From Amoebophrya sp. A120 (lineage: Eukaryota > Protista > Dinoflagellata), in NCBI GenBank assembly GCA_905178155.1, contig CAJINV010000005.1, positions 501,319-565,318 on the forward strand: a DNA stretch of 64,000 nt, read 5' to 3'. The notes beneath the pieces were generated by a model, which was given only the letters and a program-made list of their open reading frames with translations, made no database searches and was not told the origin of the DNA. The translations under genes were made by a program, and so were the position numbers. Positions 37,948 through 50,700 of the stretch are shown here, one piece after another. Numbering within the stretch: the stretch's first letter is position 1; each line of letters begins with the position of its first letter.

Positions 37948-40900
37948 TCAGCGTTCCGTGCCGCTTCCCCGCATGTTTCCCGGTCGTCTTTCCGCTCCGA
38001 CCTCCCTCACATGGGCATTGCGGGCCTCGTTCTTCGTCTCCAGCGCCGACGACCCCGCGACGGCTGCACTTGGTAGTTTCGCAGCGACGGAGCCTCCGAG
38101 CGTTGCGACGCCAGGCGCATGCACACCGACACCAAACCGCATTTCGGCCCCGGCCCCGCCCGCCGCTTCCGCTCCATCAGATTTTTGCGCCATGTTTTGG
38201 TCCCCCGCCGGCAGACACGCTTTTCTCTGTGCGTTCCAGGCACAGTCGTCCCGATCACTGCACTCAAACTCGTCCTCGTTGAAGTGTTCGCAGTTGATGG
38301 GAGCATCCGGATCCCCGGCACAGTCGTCCCCGCCGACACAGAAAGACCCGAGGCTCCCACCATAGCTTTGTCCTCTGTGTTCCGACTTTGGTGGCTCCTG
38401 CTCTGCCTGCTGCAGCAGTGCCGACGACATGCCGCTTGTCGTGCTCGCGGCTGCAGGAGAAGATCCTGAACCTGAAGATCCACCGGCGCGCAATTGCAGT
38501 TGGGATGATTGTTCGGAGTGCTCTCCCGACGAGTGAGAGGACTTGAACCCGTCCCCGGCCACTTCGTCGGTCTCCGGTCGTTCGCCCCGCTCCTTGGCCA
38601 GGATTTTTTCCGCCCGGCCCTGCATTTTCGGCACGACGGAGAGGTCGTCCTGAATCCACTCGGATTCCGGAATCGCGGGGATTCGTTCGTTTTGCAAGAC
38701 CTCGCCGTATTTTGCCACGTCGTACATGTAGGTGTAACGCCAGTCCTGCACCGTTTCCTCCACCCGCCCGTCGAAGTACACGTTCTGCGGGCCCCACCCG
38801 GACAGAACGATCGCGGGCTCCTGGAATTTTATCCCGGTTTTTTCCGCCTCATTCCTATCCAAGAAAAAAACTGTGTTAGTGTAACTTTCTTTGGCTGACA
38901 GCATCACAAATTTGCTCTACACGACAGAGAAAACCTGTTATGCGTGGCTTGTAAGGGAAAATACACATGAAAAAGGGACTTCATGGCTGTGTGGCATGAC
39001 AAGCGTAACTCTGTTGCATGTTCTGCATTACAGAGTTACACTTACACAGTTTTTTTCTTGCATAATTCCACGGCGACCGGTAGCACTTGCACCCGTAGGT
39101 GTTCCCAAAGTGGGCGTCGACCGGCTGCGGGTGGTTCGGCACCGGCACCGGGGCGGAGTAGTACGACTTCCGAAAAAACGCGTCCACCGGTTCGTAGTTG
39201 TCCACCAGGTAAACCCCCGGTCCCTCGTTCGCGGCGGTGGCTTGTTCGGATTTGCGCTTCAGGGTGGCCATCAGCACCCCGGGAAACTGCGCGCGCGCGC
39301 CATGCTTGAACCACCGGAACTTTTCCAGTTCGCCCTTCGTCGCCCGGGACTTTTTGCTGCTGTAGTCAAAGGTGATGGACTCCCAGCTCGCGTCCGCTAT
39401 CATGATCTTTTTCAGGAAAAAATCGAAGTCCCCCGCCTGGATGTCGGCATCCTCCCCGTACAGGTTGGACCCGTCCGTGGGGTGCAGCCCCGTCGGCGTC
39501 GCTTGGGCGAACACCCCCGGCCATAGTCGGGGGAGGTACTTGCTGTTCGATTTCCCCTTCGTGTTGTACATGCGTTGTGACAAGTCGAAGAACCGGGAGA
39601 TGGCGGAGGCGCAGGCTCCATGCCCCCGCGACTCCTTCGCGACCTGGACCTCCCAGAAGTAGCCGGATTTCAAGAGGTCTTTCGGTTCGGACACGCCGTA
39701 GGGGTGCTGCCACACCCCGGTCCAAACGGAGGTGCGGGTGGCGGCGTGAACCATGAAACTGTACAGCGTGACGGCAGAACCTGAGTGGTTTAGTGTGTGC
39801 AAAGTGTGACGGAACCGGAACTGAAGAGGCGCAACTGCCAGAGATGAATGTCAATGCTAAATGATTTCTGTATCATGATCCAACTGCATCACAAGAAGAC
39901 ATTATCTATCAAAAGAACTGAATCTACCGAAAAACTTCGCCTCCAAGTGCTTTTTGAACTTCTCCTTTTCCTGCACTCCGTCCCTCAATGCCGGACGCCA
40001 GTGGTGCGCGTGGGGAAACTCATCCGGGTCGGCATGCGACCAGGTGGTCACGTCGTACACCTTCTCAAAGTGCCCCCACACCAGCGGGCTCTCCTCGTAG
40101 TGCTTTGCCCAGAACATGTCGTAGCACTCGTCCCAGGCCCTTCTCCCCTCCACGCTGTCTTCGAAGGGCAGCATGTACACCCAATAGTCCTCGCCGTCTT
40201 TGATCCCCTGCACGGTTTCGCCCTCGCACGTGAAGCGCAGGGCATCGTCGGCTTCGTTGAGAGGTAGGTTTGCCTTCTCCTCCGGAGTCTGGGAAAACCG
40301 CTTTCCCGCCTTCGGCCAGGCGGAGATCGGTGTGCCGGGGGGCAGGTTGACCGCCGGGGCGGGGGGTGGGGCCTCTTGCCTGTCAAAGAGATATTCAACA
40401 TATTTGGGACGTAGTCTGTGCCTAGGCATAAAAAGCTACATAAAGCGGGCATGACAACAAGCTTAATTTACAAGAAGGACCAGATCACGCGACAGATTTT
40501 TATTGAGTAAACGCAAGTATCAATTAAAAATACGTTTTCGGTTTCTCCGTTGTCTCCTTCGTTTCGGTGATTTCTTTCACGCCCGGCACCACCGGAGATT
40601 TCTCCGGCACCGGTGGCGCCCCGATTTCCGGCGCTTCCGGCTGCATTGCTACTTGCGTCGTTTGCTTCTTCTTCAGCGCGTGCGGTGGCTCGGGTGTCGA
40701 CAAAGGTTCGGCCTCTGCCGGGGACAGCGAAGTCGTTTCCGTTGGCGTTGTTTTCATCACGTGTGGTGGCTTGTGTGGACCTCCCACACGGTACATGGTT
40801 TTGTAGACGCAAACGACAATCAAGAACAGGCAAAACACGACGAAGGCTTGGCCCTTCCAGGAGGAAAATATTTTCTTTCGGACATTGTGCACCAGTGCCG

Positions 40901-41234
40901 CGCTGTTGTTCACGTTTACCGGGGGGTTTTCCGGAAAGGACGCATTGGGGTCACCGCCGCTCAGCGTCGTGTTGTTAAAGGAGGACGTTGTGATGTTGAT
41001 GATCTTGTTCGTCTCCAGTTGGCCCGTTTTGGAGAAGAAGGACGAATTTGCAGGGGCGCCCCCGTTGCTCTCGGTTTTAGACGCATTACCTCCATGCGGC
41101 GTCAAATCATCGGTATAGTCAACAAGCATGGACGAATTCTCCATGTTATTGCTGTCGAGGGATCGCGAGCGGGCCGCCCGGGACACGGAGGACGATGCCC
41201 CGTAAGACCCATCGTTCGGGTGTTTGTACGACAT
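37948..41234 (-). CDS. Type II membrane protein with a luminal domain and a C-terminal Cys-rich module; at least 4 exons
   Basis: ORFs 40524..41234 (TM AFVVFCLFLIVVCVY), 39902..40429, 38981..39802 and 37948..38907 (CVGGDDC…C…CSDRDDCAW…C). Introner removal joins SPWN|EAEK. Confidence 0.7.
38856..39064. mobile_element. IR-introner family D (209 bp)
   Basis: Family D TIRs; TSD attcc/attcc. Confidence 0.94.
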
Positions 41235-42424
41235 TTTGTGTCTTATTTCGGTAAATAAAATACTTTTTTCTGTCTGGGAGCGGCTGGACGATTGGGCGTC
41301 GCGTTTGTCGTCACGTTCAGGATTCCAAGGACGCCTCGTCTACTGAATAAACGAAGTAGTTGATTTCGTCCACAAGTACATCAAGTGCACTATACCGTTC
41401 GCAACATACTTTCTTTATCACACGAGTGTCGGTCCACGACACCAGATAAAAGAGAATACTTCCAGCCCGACGAAAGAAGCGAGAGGTAGTGAAGAACAGA
41501 CGATAATATGATCAAGATGACGATGAGGCGATGTCGAGATAGAACGAACAACGATCTGAGATACCTTGTTACCCCTCAACATCTCAACGAAAAACTATGA
41601 TATCGATTGACGAATGCGATGACGATACAGACCCGTCGCGTCTAACTGCAGTTTCAGTTTGTCGTTGTCCTCGCCCTGAAGTACAGAAACACGCACAAGC
41701 AGAACCATTTTCTCGCTGGGCTGCGTCACAGAACAGTCCTGCAGCAAGTCGCCTGGCGGTTGAAATCGTCAGAGGTTTCTTACTCGCCATCGTCGGAAAG
41801 TAATTGTGGCTGTGCTTCTTCTGCTGTAGTTGCTTCTCACATTGAGTCCGCGAATTGTTGCGAATGCGCAATCTTGATACAGTGAAATCGAGATTTCCGA
41901 TATTATCGAAGTTCGTCAAGCTCTATTCTGAAATTAAAATGTTAATAAAAACAAGCGTATTTTTTTTATGTAGCGAATGACTTGACAGAGGTTCCTCCTC
42001 CTCGTTGAAAAAAACGCATACAATAAAAGGCGCGAACGGTGTAGATGTTGGAGGCTTTCTTCGGTTCATCTCCACCGGTTTTTTTTGATGAAACTAGACG
42101 CTAGCCCTCAGGCAAAGCGGTTTACTGCTTTTCGGTCAAGCACTGCAATAGCTCACCTTAGTGTAGTAGTTCTCGCGCTACGATAAAGAGTTGTCGAGCT
42201 GTGTGCGCGTAATTGTTTGTTTGTTTGTATTAATGCGTTAAGGTGGGAACGCGTTTACTCACCTTTTTCTGTTTGATGACCCAATTTATTCTTCTATTCG
42301 TTCCAATGTTTTGATGACCCTTCTACTTACTCGTGGAAAAACATCACACGCTCACGTTTTGAAGATTTCTAGTGCTTGCATTTACTAGTAAAGCTGACCT
42401 ACCGGATTCGGATATGATGTTTCC

Positions 42425-45400
42425 TCAAAATTGCCAATCCAAATCACTCCGCCCGAGGAGTTCCCTGACCCACGGCGCTGGCGGCACCGGGTACACCTCG
42501 TCGTCCCCGAAAATGTCGCCCTGGAACCTCGCACAAAAGTCGGGCAGCATCTATGGGATTCTCAAACGTTACATTCTCAACTGTTACATGGATTTGTCAT
42601 GCAAAACTACCTTAAGCTGCCAGATGGTCAAGCTGCTTCGCATGACAAATCTGCGAGGGGCTAGACAGCACCTAAATCTGTGCGGAACTTGTAATGCAAA
42701 AGGCGCAAGCTTTGCTCTTTCATCTTTGCCGTTCTTGCATTACAAGTTCACGTAACAGTTGAGAATGTAACGTTTGAGAACGCCATAGCATCTGCGGGCC
42801 GGACAGGGAGTCCCGCATCGGCGGAACGCCGGAGGCGATCTGTTGCTGCGATTGGAACAAATACTCCATCTCGCCCAACTCCGCCGACGAAGAACTGATC
42901 GCGGTTTCTTTCGAGCCAAACGCCGACGTTGCGATGGACATGGAGCCGGGAGCTTCCAGGCAGAATCTTCTTTGCTTCACGGCTAACACGTCCAGGTCGT
43001 CCCGGATCCCCTCGAGCTGCTCCCGGACCCTCATGCAGGTCTCCGGCGAAGCTTTTTGGTGCAAAGTCAAGTACCCCCGTTGCTTCATGGAAGTTTCCGC
43101 CTTCTGCATCTCCTTGCGCGCCACGTCAAACATGCGCTTGTCGAAGTAGAGCACGCCGAGGCGGTAGTGCAGTTCCGGTTTTTTGGCCTCGTTTCGGGGG
43201 AAGGCCAGCTGATCCTCAAGTTTTTGCTCGCGGAATTTAGCGCCCTCGTGCACGACCTGCATCTTGTCCAGCACGTCGATTAGGCCCGTCATGGGGAGCC
43301 CGAAGTTTTCTGTTCAGTGCATATTTGTTGTTCCATGTCGTCAAATTATTTGCTTTCAAATGGGACGAGAGACTGCAGCAAAACACGCGAATTGAATGAG
43401 AGAGTACGAACAACACGACTGAAAAGATGAATCAGTACTGAGAATCGTTATCGCGTTTTCGCATTCCTTGATCGCCAGTGTCGCTTTCCCCTTGTCCCAA
43501 TACCTTAATGAGAGGTTGTAGTGGCTGACGAATCTCAGCATCCCTTTTACAGGCTTTTCCTTCAAGAACGCCCTCTCGACGAAGTTCAGCCGGTTCTGCG
43601 CGTTCGCATCTTGCGGCTTGATGCGCAGCGCCTCTTTGTATTCGCGGACGGCGAGGGTGTACTCTGTTTTAGATCATGATGATGAATGGTCGAGTTCGTT
43701 ACCTCTCGTCTTTGTCGGCAAGACGGAAGTGGAGAGACGGCAGCTGGGGACGGTGTGCCGCTCCTGCTGCTGTGCCTACCAAAATCATAGCATGCTTTCA
43801 AGAGATTGTAGCTAGAATAGTACCTTGCTTCATCTCATGCTTTTCTGCCTTCAGGTAGTGCTGCTCGTACATCTGGTCTTTTCGCTTCTCCCTCGCTGTG
43901 GCCGGCTCCTCATCTCCCTTCCTCTCCCCCGTTGCAGTACCATCCTGCTCTCCACCTGCAGTTTTCGCTACAACTACTTTTCCGCCGGCTAGATCCAGCG
44001 GTGGTGGCAAAAACACTTGCGCGTTTCCGGTCTGCTCGCTTGATTTCTGTTCTCCGAACTTCCCAAACGCCAGCGCGAAAGGGTCTTCGTCCTCGCTGCT
44101 CGACTTGTTTTTCGCAGTGCCCCCCGTGCCGGCCTTCGCTGCGTCGGCCTCGGACCGGGCCGAGGACAGTTGGGACTTTTGCTTTGACGCTGCGGTATCG
44201 CTGTTCTTCGAAGTTTTTTTAGCTTTACTTCCTTGCTCTCCACCTGTTGCCGCGTCCTTCTCCTGCAACGCTTGGGCTTCCAAGATCTTCGCAACGAACT
44301 TCGCGCAGTCGTCTAGCAGGTTCTTCTTCACCTTATCCACCCTTGATTGCGCCGATTTCGACAGATTCAATTTTCGCATGCGCTTCTCCAGATCCGTGAG
44401 GAACTCCGTCGAGGCAGCCGCTTCACTCGATCTTGATTTCATCGACCCCTTCCCACTTCCGCCAGCGCTTTGCGGTCGTTTTTTCTTGGTGGACAGCATC
44501 GGGATGCTATCGAGGTCGGCTGCGATCAATTCTTTGCTGTTTCGAAGTCTCGCAGAGGGGGACAGGTCCTTGTCATTGATTTTCTTAAATTTACTCGCGG
44601 ACAAGCTGCGCTGCCTGCTGGTCGCGTTGGTGGACGCGGGTTTCGCAGACGCCGGGCGAGATTTGCTCCTCGCGTCACCGGGGGAGGAAAGCTTCCCCGT
44701 GGAGGCGGTACCGGTACCTGGGTAGATAAAATTCAATGTAGGAGTTGGGAAGTGTTTTAATTTATGTGCGCAAGCGCATCTAGTGCATGCTAGATGAAAT
44801 TACTTTCGTTTTATTTCGATGTCATACGTGAGCAAGCGTTGCAGCCCCTCGTACCTGTCTTCATCTCCTTCGCCTTTGGCGTGATTACGATTTGCGGTTC
44901 TATCAGATTTCCATAATCGTCAAACCACTGCGCAGTGTCGGAAATGAATTCCGCGCGCTCCTCCGCCGCACTTGTCGAGCACATCACCTGCAGCGGTCCA
45001 TATTTCACCTTTTTCCGCTGTTGGCCTGCCGAATTGGTTCCAGATGGCCCCCCTCGTGGCGACGGTGAAGCGGAAAGCATGGTGGTTTGATCCACGATCA
45101 TGTCGGGCGATGCGGGCGCACTTGCGTCTCCGTCCAACAGAACTCGTCGCTCGGAGAAAGTCCACTTTTTCGTACTTGCGTCGTAGCTTAGCATCACCTT
45201 TCGTGTCGCGTGCTGGTACCATCTTTTGTGCTGCGGCTTCTTCTTGGGGTCGGTCGCGGGAATTACCTTCTCCTTGTAGTGATAGGTGCCCTCGACGCGG
45301 GCATTCCCGGTGACAGCGACGTCGTAGGTGACGAGGGACCTGATTCGGTTTATTTGCTGCAAATCAAAAAAAAGCTGAAATGTGGTTCGGAAACAGCATG

Positions 45401-46900
45401 ACAAAGGAAGAGGAACGAATGCGCATGGCATTTTGCAAGGGATAGAGAACAAACTACCACCAAAGCACGTTATACTTGTTTGAGATCTTCTTTTTCAGCA
45501 AGTATTTGCGGAGATCCTTCTTCACCTCTGCGCTCTGAGGAGGCCAGCTCATCGTGTCCGATAGCGGCGCTTCGATGTATTGCTGTGCAGTGCGTTTTTG
45601 ATTTGAAAATTGCGCCAGACTCTTTTCTTGTCATTTTTCAGAGAGAAGCATGAGGTTCGTGGCGCAGCACAAAACTGACATAAAATATCCAGCCCTGATA
45701 CCTTGAGTTTCCCGGGCTGCAGGCCCTTTTGTGCCGGTGTCCTGACTTTGAAATCCAGCAGCTTCCCTCGATCCTTCACGTCATCACCAGGCTTGTCTGG
45801 CACAGCTGCCGCTGCTGTGACGACTCCACCAACGCTGACGGACGAAGACACCGGCTGCAGGGTCATGGCTGATGAAGAAGATGCAACTGCGCTCGCGCCA
45901 CCGGCGACAACGCCGGACGAAGGGACACTCGCTAATCCACTTCCCGGCGGAGCCACCATTATAGCACTGGTGGATGACGACGCAGGCGCCGAGCCCACAA
46001 CTGGTGTAGCTTTTGCAATACCGACGCTCCCTCCATAGTTGTTCATTTTCCCTGGTGGTAAGTAGCTCGGCGCCGTGACGCTGCTGCTGCTACCTGCATA
46101 GGGGTTTGTGGCGGTAGATCCGGCGTACGTGTAGGAGCTTGTCGTCACACTCGCCGTAGCTCCCGCTGACATGCTCGGTGGCCGGTAAACGGAAGGTGCG
46201 GGCGTGGAGGAGGCCGAAGCAGTGCCTCCTGGTATTATCTCCTCTGGAATTGCATCCAAAGAGGAACTGCCGGCAGCAGCTGGCGGTGCCGGTGCGGCTG
46301 CCGCCGTGTATGCCGACGGTGGCGGCGGTGCCGCGTAGGTGGACGCTGTGATTGCGCCAGGTGTGTACGACGAACCGGTTGCTGGTTTGTAAATCGATGA
46401 GGACGAAGATGACGATGTTCCTGCGCTCCCATAGCCCCCTGCTGTGAAGGACGTGCTACCTCCAGTCGCTGAGGAAGCATAATTACCAACTGAAGAAGCT
46501 GTTGCCGTAATGCCGCCGGGTCTGTACCCAGTTGTGATCCCACTTACGCTAGGAACAGATGCAGAACTTGAAGCCGCGGGGCGAAGTCCGGTGAGGCCGC
46601 TGGTGTAGGAAGTTGGGCCGGAAGTTGATGAAGACGAGGCGGATCCGCTGGGAGTAGCTGTTGTGGCAAGATTCGTATTTTCTTCAGATTGAAATAAACA
46701 TAAACAAAGCCGATTGCAGATTCATATCAATGTGAAAGAAAAATGTAGTGACGTATTTGACTTTGTGAATGATCAACGGACTACTTCGCAAGTGCTACAA
46801 CACAAGATTGTCGAGCAGTACGCTTTGCAAGGCTTCCCGCGAGGCCTCCAGGCATTCCGCTCAAGGAGGATCCACCGGGAGGTCCCAGCCCACTGGGAAT
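42425..46900 (-). CDS. Multi-exon protein with a Ser/Ala-rich N-terminus and C-terminal TPR-like helices
   Basis: ORFs 45549..46259, 44811..45452, 43798..44736, 43356..43565 and 42720..43292 (PELHYRLGVLYFDKRMFDVARKEMQKA). Introner removal gives GPQM|LPDF…DWQF*, stop at 42425. The 5' end is approximate. Confidence 0.65.
42552..42787. mobile_element. IR-introner family B (236 bp)
   Basis: Ends TATGGGATTCTCAAACGTTACATTCTCAACTGTTAC / GTAACAGTTGAGAATGTAACGTTTGAGAACGCCATA; TSD gcatc/gcatc. Confidence 0.95.
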
Positions 46901-47701
46901 GCTACTTGTGAAGTTTTTCTTCATCGTTTTGTCCTTTTAGACAAGTAGTTTGAAACTCCACTACAGCTCTACGCCGACATTCCGAACGAAAATTATCAGG
47001 AGGGCCTCTTCATCTGCAAGCCATTTTTTTGTCAGGACTTCATCTGCGACGATTTGGCTCACTTATTCTCGCTTGAAAGCTGCAACATAAACGTCACACA
47101 CGAAGACGATGAGGATGATAAGAAAGGAGAAAAAATAAAAGAACCTTTCTCATCAACGACACCTCACGTCATCGGCTCCCTGCCTTTACCTCCTCTCGAT
47201 TTACCAGCCACAATTTTGCACTCCACGACCTCATTTCAATCTCAAAATGCCAAACCTCTCGCCACTCACAACACGTGAGCACCCCAACACCTCATTGTCT
47301 CATTCAAAGTTTGCTCGCATTCGTTGCCTTGAAGTTCAAGCCTGGCCATGTTGCTCAGACTTGCAGCGACATTCCGTTGCTTTTATACAGCAGAGAGAAC
47401 AAGAACCTTGTGTACAAGATGCACCAGAGGTGGAGGCCAATGACTGAACAACACCGCTCCGGGCGCTGCGCTGCCACCTGTGTGAGCGCGGCAACCTCGG
47501 TCTACTTACTTCTGAAGCCAAACTGGTGGGGCCGAGCGAGCGAGGGGCAAGAAGCAGGCTGCGCCCGTCCGAACGAAAACTGACGGCGCGCCCCTCCTCT
47601 GATCGGGCAACGCCCAGCCGCAATTGTGCGCGGGCGCCGCACACACACACACGGCCACCAAGCGGGGCCAGCGGGGCCAGGCCGTTGCACGGCCGACAAA
47701 C

Positions 47702-50700
47702 AATAGCAGAAGAGTTTATAGAATCCCGGGTCCCAGGGTAGGGAGGACCAGGGAGGGGATTTTGCTATATAAAACCGAAAACCGAAAACCGAAAAATCAT
47801 AAAAACCCCAATCGCGGCGGTATGATGCTCTTTAACAATTTGCGCGAGTTTTCCATGCGGAATATACTCAATCTCCATGGTAGTGCGATGTCGGGAATGC
47901 GGCGACAAAAGACAAAGCTATAAGGCGACGCGATGGCAGAGGCAAAGCTACCCTACAAACGGACCGCGCAAAGCTTTTCAAAAATATTTCAACAATAAAT
48001 TTCCAGCACATACACAAAGTTTGCCCCTGATCCACATCCAACCGCCCCGGGCTTTGGACTGTTTTCTCCCCCGCGGGTTAGGCACCCTGCCCGCATTAGT
48101 TCCAAGGTCTTTACTCCCGTGCCACGCCGTCATGACTAAATAATGGCTATGCCTATTGAGTAATGTTCTGCAGGACACGGCGGCGCGGCGACCGATAAAG
48201 GAAAAGCAAGACCAAGACCCACGGCCCCTCTGGACCCGAACTACGCGAGAGGGCCCAGAGAAAGCCGCGCGCGGCAGGCCGGGCACGGCCCGCCCGGCTG
48301 TCACAACGGTGCCCATAGCATGGGCGCGCACATGGGGTGGATGCCCGGGCCGAGGCCCACTGCCGCCCAACTTTTGGCGGGCCCCACCCCTGCTCTTTTT
48401 GCCAGTCTCCTCATTAGGGCGGCGGCATGCAGCTTCTCTGCTCCATCCTTCCTCGGGCCCTCGCCGGCAGTTCGGCCGCCGAGCTGGTTTGCCTGCGTGG
48501 GTGCGTGCCCACCGCCATTGCGACCGACCGGGCGAAGTCAGTCAGTCCAGTGGGCAAAATAAGTGGCGCCACCCTTCCTGCGGGCCCCTTCGCCCACGCA
48601 CGCCTGTCCTGGGGCCGGCCCCTTTTTCGTGCCCGCCCGCGCGGGCGGGGCGCGCCACGCAGGCAGTTTCTGGCTAGGGCGCGGGCGGTACACCCGCACG
48701 CCGAGTGCGTGGGACACACGCACGGGCCGGGCAATACAAGGAGCGAAGGCCCGGGGCCCCCGGCGAAATGGACGGGCGCGCGCCGGGGCGGACGGAGGCG
48801 GGCCAACAGGCCGCCTGGCTGCCCCGAAGCACAAGGCCGGCCAAAAGACTGCCATGGGGCGGCGCGGAGGGCAGGGCAGAAGCGAAAGCCGCCGGGGCGG
48901 GCTCGGACGGCAAAGGGCAGACTGGCCCGCCTCCCTGGCCGCGCTCTGCGGCGCACCCTTTCCCCGGGGCGGGCCAACGCCTCCAATATGCGGGCGCGCC
49001 TCCCGTGCGGCGGGCCCGGGCAGACGCACCAACGCGGAGGCCGCAAGGCGGGCCCCCCCGTTCTTCTTTTTTCTGGAAAAACTGGAAAGAGCACGGCAGG
49101 GGCCTCCCGAATATCTCCCCGAAGCCTTCCCAAAATTTTCCAAAGCCAATAGAATGAAAAGCCAACGCAGAAAACACCCGGCGCCCCCTTGAAATACTTT
49201 CTTTCGGAAGCACTCACTGCGCTGGGCCGCGGCGGGCCAAAGCCGCCCGGAGCCATTCCGGACCCCATCCCCAGCGAGCATAGCTACAAAAGAAGCCCGC
49301 GCCTATGCCGGGGCGGGAATGGAACACCACCAGCCCCCCTAGCCCGCCCGAATGAAATAGCCGCCGGGGCCTTGGGGCGACCGCGGGCGGTCGCTCGGGT
49401 TGGGCCGGGCGCTGCGCACAAGGCCGCGGAGGCCAGAGAGACGCTTGCCGCTTGCGGCCGGCCGCAAGAAGCCTCCGGGCTTCGCGCGCAAAAGCCAGCG
49501 GGCGCCGGGCCCCCGGCGCGCGGCTGTTCTTTCACTCTGCAACAAAAAACCGGCGGGGGGGCCTGGCCCGGGCAACTTCTAACGACCCACCCAAAGGGCG
49601 GCGCGGCCCACCCGGGGTGGCGCAGGGGCCAAAGCCCGGGCCCAGTCAAAAGCTAGCGCAGGGGGGGCCTTAGCCCCCGCCCCCGAGTTGCTTCGCCCGC
49701 GATCGCCAAAGAGCCGCAATACCCTACAGCACCAACGGACGCACCCACTGGCGCCGCGGCAAGGTCAGCGGGAGGTATTTGCGTGCGCCCGCTGCCATCC
49801 TGGCTCCTGGGCCAAGTCGCCTCCCCGCCGGCCTGCCATTTTGCCCGGTCGCGGGCGACCTCACTCGCGGGACGGACCTCCCGAAGGCTGGCCTGCAAAA
49901 ACCGCGCGGGGCCCCGCCTTGCCACAACGCCCCCGCCCCGCGCTGCTCTGCCAACATCGCGCGCGCGGGGCGCTGGTGACCCCAAAAGGGCCACCGACAC
50001 AACAAAGGGAGCGGGCGCCCCTGGGCATGGCGAAAAGCGCAAGACCCACGAAGGGCAGCCCTTTCGGTGTTTGTACTTAGTGCCAGGCGGCTCCAAATAA
50101 AATTGGGCCCGGCGGCGCGCCACGCCGGAGTGTCTTCCCAATGCCAAACGCGACGCGAGCTGGGCAGCCGAGGACACGGCACGCACAAACGGCGCCCCGG
50201 CTGGCGGGCAACAGACACGCCAAGAGCTTGGGGCTTTGGAAACTTTTTGGAAAGTGGGTGGGGAACTTGCGCTACCTAACAGGGGTCGCCACTTGTGCGC
50301 CCCTTGCTCTGCGCCATGCTCTACGAACAGAGAGCGCGTCTGGATTCAGCTCCCGGGAGCGAAGTCCAGCCTTCCTCCCTCGGACCCAACTCCCGGCGAA
50401 AACTGCACGGCGGCGCGACTTTTGGCGCCTGAGTTTTATGGCTATGGCGCTCGCCTGCGTGGCAGCTTGCCAAAGTCAACGGCTGGCAAGCTGTAGCGCA
50501 CAAATGAGGCTGAGGGGCCAAGGAAGTGCGAAGCTGTTGAAGTGGCTTTCTCAACTCTCAGTAGCTTTATTCTCCTTCGTTTCTGCGTTACAAATGCAGA
50601 AATGAAGGACAAAAGAAACGCGAAGAGCTTTCTCCTGTCCTTCGTTTCTGCGTTACAAATTGCCATCATGATTGGCAAGCTGTAGCGCAGAAATGAAGGG

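Noticed and set aside
47641-47652. (AC)n tract, and the CCGAAAA triplet at ~47775
   Set aside because: Too short to interpret; not a telomeric repeat.
48156-50218. Many overlapping Arg/Pro/Gly/Ala-rich ORFs as functional genes
   Set aside because: Explained by extreme GC content removing stop codons; kept only as a possible transposase relic.
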